Origin: Giardia intestinalis
Taxonomy: Eukaryota
Reading direction: 5' to 3' (one strand)
NCBI GenBank assembly: GCA_000002435.2
Contig: CM018792.1
DNA length: 64,000 nucleotides
The notes below the pieces were generated by a model. It was not told the origin of the DNA. It saw only the letters and a program-made list of their open reading frames with translations, and did not search any database. Position numbers and translations under genes: made by a program. Shown here one piece after another: positions 28,601-36,800 of this stretch (the first letter of the stretch is position 1; every line of letters starts with the position of its first letter).

Positions 28601-30798
28601 CGCTGAACTAAAGGGTTGAGCAGGATATCAGCCACAATCACATTTGTGTGATGATTGTAATAAAGAAGGGAATATGTGACCGAGCCCTCTTGTGGACAAT
28701 TATCAATCAAGCGAAGATTCTTGCTCTCTGATAGGGCTATAACTGAATATAGAAGAATGACGGAGTTCTTATCTATAACGTTACAATCTGACATCGTTAT
28801 ATAAGCGCGTTCATCTTCATAGTCTATGTGTGGGATTGTTTCTGTGGCACAGGAAACGTACCTAGTTCCGGGGAAAAGAGTAGATAGCTCGTCTGCCCGA
28901 ATAATTGCCTGTGATGAGAACACCATTGAGGACGTATCGCACACTCTCAATCCAACAGAATCAGGAGGCCTGTCAATTAAGCCATAGAAGCAGAGTCTGT
29001 CGTAAGCCTCCTTCGATAGTTCACCAGCGATAGGCTGTTCTTTATCGGCCCTGCTTTTGCTGGCAAACAGAGACTGCTTAATGTCACCTTTGGCAAGGCT
29101 CTCTGGCCGGTAACTTGCTCCATAATATTTAACGTTAGAGAGAAACCTTCGACCATACCTAGTCAACGCATTTATAACCGGAATTCTCTTCTTGAGCAGA
29201 ACAATTCTGTCTTCATAGATAATCAATACTTGCCCGTTGATAGCCGTGGAAGTTGTTTCCAAGTCGGTAACCCTGATGCGGAGAACTGGATCCAAGGTAA
29301 GAAAGTTAGAGACCCAGGCATCATTGGGTATTTCTGGAAAGTAGACTCTAGCATTGTTTTTATACTCTTTATAGATCCCGCCTTGGTCTAGCTCTGATTG
29401 ATGCAGCGACCTAAATTGCTCGCCTTGTGGATCATATAGCTGTACGCCATCGACATTAGTCAACTCCAGTGGGTTGAGCAGGTTGTTGCGACGAAGCTGT
29501 TCGTGTTCTTCAGCCCATCTTCCCAGCCGCCTCTTGCCCTCGATTTGTTGGGGCTTCAGTCCGATGCTTCTTTGAAGATGCGTGCGCTTAGGAGGCTTCA
29601 TGAGCTTTAGAAGCTCCTTCTCACCGCCGGTCTTGGTCAGGACATGTCCTGCCTCCTTCATTTGAAGAAGCACCTGGCGCTTTAGTGCAATGGGATACGC
29701 AAGCCTGTCAACCTCCGTATAGCCAGAAAAGAACTCGCGCATCTGTTCCAGCAGAGAGTGCGCTGTTTTTCGACCTCCTAAAGATCTTGTGGGGAAGGGC
29801 TCGTCAACCAGTTCAAGAGTGCAGGAAGAGTAAGGAACATTGTATGCCCGTATCCCCAGCTTATTGCTGCCCAAGAGGCTGTTTCGCCCAACAGTCATAC
29901 TGATTGCTGAATTTGTTTGCGAAATAGGACTGGCCCTGGTTGGCATTCCCGTTAGCATCCCTTTACAAAACTGTGCCACTGCCACCTTTGTCCGCTTGAT
30001 AATTCCTCTCTGTGGAGCCATGGGATCAGCCTTATGAAAGGATCCGAGCCAACTACTTGCTTGGAGCCTGAGTGACTTGCGCTCTTTGACACTGACCGCA
30101 GACATGGGGGCCCGCTTGGAAATCTCAAAGTCCAGCTGCTCATCAATCCTCAGTGTGACCCTCAGAATGCGCCCAAGGCTGGTGCCAATAAGCAAAGTTA
30201 CTCGTAATGCTTTAGAGCTCCTGGATGCATGCGGAGGATCGGGCAGTATGCCTGCTCCAGCGGTTTCGGCCGCCGTTACAAATTCTGTGGGATAGAGATT
30301 CAAATAATTACATAATCTGCTACGGACGAGACACAGGCGGTCCCGTCTAAAGTCCTTTTGAAGGTCGCTAAAGCAGAGAAGAAACCCATCTGTCGTGATA
30401 GCCACAGCCGTCTGAGGAAGGTCGGCCATGATTCCAGGAAAGACTGACTCAAAGGTAAACACAAAGGGATTGCTGGGGTAAGCGGTTGACGGTACAGCGT
30501 CCGGTCCTAGCAAAAATTCATTGTTATTACCGTTGTGAACCTGGTTGGCCAGCAAAGGATCACCGAGAGCCTCATCTGCGGGGCTGAAGGGTGATGTTTC
30601 CAGAATAAGAAGGCGCTGTGGCGTTGCATCTATCGAACTATAGAGGATAGTCCTGTATCTAGAGGCTATGGAAATACAAAGAGTTGATCTGTCAATGGAC
30701 GTGCGGCACTGGTCCATTGTGAGATTGAGCGTCTCCATGTATGACAGCACTAACTGCGGCGGCTCATATAGGTCTCTTTCGCGGGTCCTAATGCTCAT
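25639..30798 (-). CDS. Very large hypothetical protein (1719 aa): N-terminal beta-rich region, C-terminal helical region
   Basis: Intact ATG ORF, divergent from the giant kinase gene across only 36 bp. I see no catalytic motif. The composition suggests beta-propeller plus alpha-solenoid (scaffold, coat or nucleoporin-like), but this is unassigned. Confidence 0.65.
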   Translation of the reverse strand: MSIRTRERDLYEPPQLVLSYMETLNLTMDQCRTSIDRSTLCISIASRYRTILYSSIDATPQRLLILETSPFSPADEALGDPLLANQVHNGNNNEFLLGPDAVPSTAYPSNPFVFTFESVFPGIMADLPQTAVAITTDGFLLCFSDLQKDFRRDRLCLVRSRLCNYLNLYPTEFVTAAETAGAGILPDPPHASRSSKALRVTLLIGTSLGRILRVTLRIDEQLDFEISKRAPMSAVSVKERKSLRLQASSWLGSFHKADPMAPQRGIIKRTKVAVAQFCKGMLTGMPTRASPISQTNSAISMTVGRNSLLGSNKLGIRAYNVPYSSCTLELVDEPFPTRSLGGRKTAHSLLEQMREFFSGYTEVDRLAYPIALKRQVLLQMKEAGHVLTKTGGEKELLKLMKPPKRTHLQRSIGLKPQQIEGKRRLGRWAEEHEQLRRNNLLNPLELTNVDGVQLYDPQGEQFRSLHQSELDQGGIYKEYKNNARVYFPEIPNDAWVSNFLTLDPVLRIRVTDLETTSTAINGQVLIIYEDRIVLLKKRIPVINALTRYGRRFLSNVKYYGASYRPESLAKGDIKQSLFASKSRADKEQPIAGELSKEAYDRLCFYGLIDRPPDSVGLRVCDTSSMVFSSQAIIRADELSTLFPGTRYVSCATETIPHIDYEDERAYITMSDCNVIDKNSVILLYSVIALSESKNLRLIDNCPQEGSVTYSLLYYNHHTNVIVADILLNPLVQRKEGRVSEMPVEGPGLDDAHMHSGTMMISHIPVSDKLFSKQTKHSRRFKSEALKDLVIDMFNYSVENFPLADFYSRRPSLDIPLLNSKVGYVVTGSRVLCTRVLSGISDLSPQALALAYGSPGTSSHVYIYNKPGDYFLQYRDELPQFVESLFNTPIDPSLMHKVTSVLHGLRSTKARMAHSIRSELLKRYTVLYYGSLPNLLTVHASQRKNMAFTNRLGLTGKAFDDLMLTRVPVASVLKSQGMSRSDMTCRNIDNIYDSQAVVQLKPYGSERFTGRNFSFPQGAGSISSYGFASRRAIHRKLRLIKTVHLTSILLLTNQGYLRSLSNYIEAIGQTPEGATVEPLDRSLTGNVNMDILFTSHNGGSCSKLGDGARREYLEKRLKHTDPTGGSKLTPYDLLHASYSAYCSGDALFNLLFQTLVPADLERLLIHITDRSIINNIEDPIWCAREHTSSDRAFMVSGTLSSGPGSSIDRKEIARHKTLCKLYFKACIQKIEDLILFITFLKETGLWGVKSLVTADLKMKIRTYLEALYAMSGLIKFFYVYTGRGNESPTLLEADYYLLTFHEYSNFVSEYNEVLVCQQLQQSIGKIYSSVCKADGQFNSGFTKLREACLNGFESILSGVTLTTTSHLPIAHGILKNVRSVLDPLSNSMSDEFKLTQERLFEVLSMAQSLDSLCVYLQTALVSRETNIDLLSISTYNDIPSWLNSLHPCLYDLFNVICSLVSQMCSIYKISIDTDGQGTPVSFGLLEHNAKSLHEFVLVQLVKTSATLADCVLQIFYRSKEAGLAIQSFKDRRRSINEELVSLPVKVRQAATVMAKYHDWSSFVRYSFALFELRDLTPAEISRVVIFHPSLTQSVAGLSAYFKEYQSGISASNVVLESTMLPTEAIPVLPHGLLEIMANVIDVGALALDLEPLAELRAVLLDELEVYGYTIRFTLLANEDTNELANLIIALRSSATGLMKGVPQNDAVMEAVYDLAARCSL

Positions 30799-30834
30799 CA
30801 GTACAAGATTTAATTTTTCTATTGCAGGCGTTCC
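30799..30834. promoter_or_regulatory. 36-bp AT-rich shared head-to-head promoter between 25639..30798(-) and 30835..39000(+)
   Basis: The two ATGs face away from each other, separated by CAGTACAAGATTTAATTTTTCTATTGCAGGCGTTCC. Confidence 0.5.
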
Positions 30835-33800
30835 ATGGACAACAAAAAATTAAATAAAAATCCCATGCCAAGTGGAGCATTTTCTTTCTCACAGAAAAGC
30901 GAAATCAACGAGCACGAATATCCACAAGATAAGATAACTCATTACATTTTTGGGCAGTGCATAGGGAGAGGGTCCTTTGGGTCTGTTTATTATTGCCTCC
31001 ACCGCGAATCGCGGAATGAATTTGCAGCCAAAATTATGTCTAAACGGTATCTGTCTAAGAGGTTCTTCATCAGAGAGTTCAATACCCAGGGTTCAGAGCC
31101 TTTATCAGGCTCAGACGACGCGGGGCAGGCAAGGGCTGGTGCCTCTAACCAGGACACCATCCTCTCTTATTTGGACCTTGCATATCAAGAGATAGAGGTT
31201 ATGAAAACCTTTCGCCACCCATGCTTGCTCAGACTCTACGAGGTCATCCAGTCGACTGAGCTGGATAAGCTTCTCATGATTATGGACCTTGCTGAGGGAC
31301 CTATTTCATCTGTGGCGCCTAACGCGTCTCACGTGAATAGTAACGTAGTAGGAATGCTACGATGTATTTACAACTCTACCGACCTTGACAACTTGCTAGA
31401 GTATTCCTCTCTCTGCTGCACTCCAATGTCTCTTTCATTTCTCCGGAAGGCAATCCTCCACATCACTCTTGGTCTCTATGCTCTCCACTCCAAGGATTAT
31501 GTCCACGCAGACATAAAGGCCGCAAACGTTCTCCGTCTGGCCAACGGTAACTTTGTGTTGGGAGACTTCTCTCTCACTAACCACGTTAGCGTAACACGTA
31601 CCATGTCTACGGTTGTTTCTGCAGCATATGCCTCTCCTGACAACCGCGGGTTGACTAAGGAGAATGACGTTTGGGCTTTTGGGGTGACTCTATTCATGCT
31701 CCTCTTTGGCCGCCATCCTGCATCGCTTTGCCTGCATATCCTTGTCAGCAAGCTCCCGCCACCGGAGGATGGTGGCATAATTATTTCTCCTAATCCACTA
31801 AAGCGGCTAAATCATTGGAGTGACGTATTACGCGAGGCTCCCGACGCCCTCACCAACATCCTGAATGTCAACACGGCATCCCCACATGCAACCGTAATAC
31901 AGATTATTGTGGGGTGCTTGGAACTAGACTACAAAAAGCGTTTTACGGTTCCGATGATTTACGACCTAATTATAGGGGATCATATCAAGAATACGTGCTA
32001 CCGTGTTACAAATAAGTTCACATTGCGGCTAATGCTCAATTTCTACAAGATTCAATCCAGTATTATCTTGGGCTCTGGACTCCCCCCTCACCTAACCGAT
32101 CCATCCATTACATCTCGATTTAAGGTAGACATTTGGAGGAACGCCATGCAGCGCCATCAATTCTACAAAGCAGGAGAGGATCTTGAGCTAGATCTGTCTC
32201 TTCCCCTGACACAAATGATTCTAAAGAAAAATTACGTCACTTTCCTCACAGACATGGTCTCAACTATGGATCCATCTAACGAGCATTCTGCGAGTTTCCT
32301 GATAAGCCTTGCACTTATGGGAACAGACGGGGATCTTGACGTTTATTTCTACTCTAAGTTTATACGGTTGTTTCTCTGGGGTGTTTCCAGCAAGCGCACT
32401 ATGGATACGTACTGGAGCGATATAGCCTATCTCCTCTACAATAATATGAACTACAAACGGTTGCACACCTCGAGGACCCTCAAGGAACTGAACTTCCCGT
32501 CTATACATTCCACAGACTCTGAAGATTCTGAAGAGCAGCATGTCATGTTGCTAGGCAAACTGGAACAAGAGTTGGCCCCTGAAATATGTAATCTGGATAT
32601 GGGATGCAGCCCCCTCTTTGAATTTGAACAAAGAAATCACTATTTCGTAAAGGACATGTTTTGGAACTTTCCGCTCAACGCGAGTTTTGCACGCACACGC
32701 ATACTTTTGATGGATCAAGGACTGCGGCCTCCCCAGTTGGTTTTCTATGAGATGTGCATGCTTAAGCATGATCTTTCAAAGTCCCATGGACTCGCTACCT
32801 CCCTCTACGCGTCTAAGAGTGATAAAAAGGGAAACTCCAGTGACCCTCAGGCACGGTTCAGATCTGCCTGTGCATCAGTGGTGAAAAGACTAACAGCTAA
32901 CGATTCATCAGCAACTTCGTTTCTGACGGGTGCCAATTACGGCTCTAGTGCCTTGAACACGGAGGGTGGCAAAGACGCCGACGCCATGCACTTTGTCGAA
33001 GAGGATGCATATGGAATGAAGGGCTATGATGGCGGAAATTTGCTATCGTCAACTTTAGGAGTTATGAGCGGAACTGGAGAACCACATTGTCATGGCCCTG
33101 CTGCATCTGCAATTAAAGGCGTTCCCTCAACCCTGGGAGATGGGGCCTCCAGTGCCTCTGCCCTCGCTGAGGATCTCTTTGAAGAAGAGATAGACCTCGC
33201 CAAGCTATCTAGTCTTTTCTCTAAGCAGTATATTTCAGAGCAGGACATAGCCGGCACGGGACTATATGTAGATAACTTCTCCTTTGGCTCCGGGGAAAAG
33301 GCCAGCAAGAACAAGGTATGTGTTGTGGCAGGAGGTAAAGCAGATCCGAGTGCTACCGCTCCGTTCATGAAGGACCTGTTCAATCTCGACAGTAGAAAAG
33401 ATCAGAACAGCATGCTCGGACTAGGAAGCTTTTCGCTTAGTACCTTACAGCATAGAAAGGCGTCTCCGGCCAAAAAGAAGACTTTGCACGTGAATTCCGC
33501 GGGCCAACGGAAAGAGGGGACTAGTCAAGCTGATGCACATACCCCCTCAGATGCGACAGATAAGAAACAACTTCTGAGCGATAGTAGCTCTGATGACGGT
33601 GACATTGTGGCCGTCGCAGCATCTGACTCTGACGACATGGACCGAGCCTTTGGCCTGGAGGAGGAGGCCGCCAAAAAGTCAGGTACATCTAATGGTAGTG
33701 ATATTAGCGATGATGATTCTGATATTGAGTTTGTCGGGTCCAATTCTGATAATATGGACGCCGCGTTTGGCCTGATTAGCAGCTCCGATGAGTCGGATGT

Positions 33801-36800
33801 CCAGGACATTATGGATATGACTGACTCTTCTAGTGAAGGTGATGATTATAGTGATGGGTACAGTAGCGACGGTGATATAGTTGCTATAGGCTCCGATTCA
33901 GAAGAGATGGACGCGGCTTTTGGTCTAGAGAAAGAGCCAGTGAAGAGAGAGAGCAAACAGCTCTCTGCGCCGGTTTCCAAACCTCAACCGGAGGCACGCG
34001 GCTCCTTCGATTCTCTTATGGTTCCCGAAACCGTCTCAGGCGAAAAACGAATGGAAAAGCCAAAGCCCAAAATGACACTGATAGCTCAGAGCTTTGATGC
34101 ATTCGACGAGGCCCTAGAAGACAAGTACATGGAGAGTCTTCCAGATGATGAAAAGCAACTATACAGTGTTGGTGGGCCGTTGTCTTATCCCCTGATAGGA
34201 ACAGGTACTGTACTACCACCAAACGATGATGAAGGTATACAGGAGGTGCCCCTCAGGGCTCAAGGCGCTGAGAACACGTTCAGCTTCGGGAGCTTCGCGT
34301 CACTCCGAGACTCTGCGATGCAGCTTTTCTCCAAGCGACCACTATCAGATCAGCAGGCACAGGATGCACATTCAGATGCTATTGAAACTATTGGAGAGGA
34401 CTCCACCCTTATTCTAGAGCCGCTCGTCGGAGTTGATCGCCAAAAGGGGGGAACTTTGCATAATTCGTTTACCTCTGAGGGGCGTGCTGGCAACCATATA
34501 GACTCTGTCTCACTCAAAGATCCAACATATGAGCTCAAGGACAAGGACACAAGCCCGCTAACCTGTATGTCTGTCGGCAAGCTAGATATGGGTTTGGACA
34601 TAGATGATGAAGAATCAAACGTATTTTCTCAGCCCTTTCAGATGTTATCACTGACTGTTGACAAAAGTGTGAAAAGACTTGATGCCGTTTCAGTAATGGA
34701 CCCTTTGACCTCAGAAATCCATGACACTCAAGCAAGTAGCCAGGAAGCCTTTGCACTCGACATTAATCCGGAAGACAGTGAGAGCATAGACCGAGGAATC
34801 AACATTGGATTCGCACAAAATCTTCCGGAGGACGCTGGTGCTTTGACAAACCAGGATGACAACTTTGATTGTCTGCACTTATCCTTCCACAATGACAATA
34901 TAGAGTATCCTCACTCAGACTCTCATCTTTCATCCAGGGAGCATCATGATGATATAATAGCCAATGCAAATATTAGTAACAGCTCTGGAGAGTATGATCA
35001 GTCATTGAGAGTTGGACATGTTGCACACATGGCAATCAGCCAGGATTCCGATGAAAAGGTGAATGCCTACCTCAAAGATAGTGAGATGCACATTCCTGAG
35101 GAACACATGGCTCTCCTTATGACCAGGACTGTCATTCTGTTGATATATTCTACGTGGGCTGTGCTTCAGCGGTTTGGCCACAGGTATTCCAAAAGCATGT
35201 CACTAGCAGATGCATACTCCAAATTTCATATCCTGGTCGATCAAGTTCTCAGTGAAGGTACTCATCTGTATGGTAAGTGGAGAGAGTATAAAGATAAAGC
35301 GCAAGCAAGTAAGTCGACGAATGAGGAAGTTGATCCGCGTGTTAGGATGCTTTTAAAGTACGGCACTGATAAAGCCCATCCCTATGCCTTGACAAGAACT
35401 TTGGCCACCAACATTTTGTCTGTTGGAAGAGCATACATTCAAGCTCTCTGTGAAGAGCTGGGCACGCCCACTTCTTTTGATGATGACTGGGTATCATGGC
35501 CACTGTTAGTCAACGACTGTACACAATTGCATGAGGTAGACCTCGATAGCTTCTTGCGTTTCACACCAGATAACTACAAGACGTACCTGCAAAACAAGCT
35601 AACGGGCTCTGTGCGCAACAGTTCATTCTCCCAACTTACTGATGCTTCCGCCTTTGATCAGCAAAACTCTAGCTTCAGTGGCTCGATGGAGTTCTTTGAT
35701 AACCCCATGCTGCCCTTAGAGAACAACACCCTTGCGTATGATGTGCACTTTGGCAAGAGCAGCGTTATGGCTACTCTCCCAAGCATAAGTTTCAGTAAGA
35801 ACCAGACAACAACTGGACTGCTAAGCAGAGGCCCTAGTGCTCTACCGCCAGGGCGAAACTCGGTGAGTGGATCTAGATCAGTGTCAACCAATTTATCAGT
35901 TCATGACAAACTAGTTTGCTCACTTTTACATCCCCAAGTTGTGACTGACCACAGTGTGATTTTTCAATCGCATTCCAACAATCTTAATAACAACGAATTA
36001 ATGAAAAGGAAATGCGCTTCATGCAGCGATTTCTCACTCATGGCTGACGCAGCTCATTCTACTGAAGCCTTATTACACGCGTCCTCTGTGCCGTTGACAA
36101 AACTAAATGGTTTTCAAGACTTACTTGATCCTCCATCAGATGATCTTGCTTCAGATTCTAACGTCAACGCTATTGAGCCCCATGTCTCTCAAGTTAATCG
36201 AGTTTCCCTTGACGCTGATGAGTCATATGCTAAGACTGCCGAGGGAAGCTTTATTGAGCAGAACGTTCCTGCCACCATTGATTATTGTACAACTACATCT
36301 GCTGACTCTTCGCTACCCCACTCCTTGAGGAGTCGTAGCACCTTTTGCGGCTTATCGTTATGCACAGAAAGATTAAGACTGATCGAAAACTCTGCCAACT
36401 TCGATGTACCGCTCACCTTTCAATCACGGTCTGTATCCCTGCGGCACAAGGCAAGAGCTCCTCATAAGATGTCTAGATTGAGCTTGCACACCCATCAAAG
36501 ACATCACTACGGTATTAGGCCCATCGTAGAGATTGTAAAGACTCCTTCCATTATGGATAGCTCTATCAGTACCTCTCCTACAAATGTCAGTCTTACAGAA
36601 GAGCAGAACGTGGGCAAAGAAAAGGGGGACGATGGCCTCTTTGAACTCTCTGCCCAGAGCTCATCGCTGGAAACAGATAATTTGAAGATAGAGCTTATTA
36701 CAAATGACGTTGTTGATTTGATTACTCCGTTAAAGGTATCCTCTGGTCAAGTTCGCTCTTCTTCGCAAGAAAAGTGTACCCGTGATAGCCCATTGGAAAA

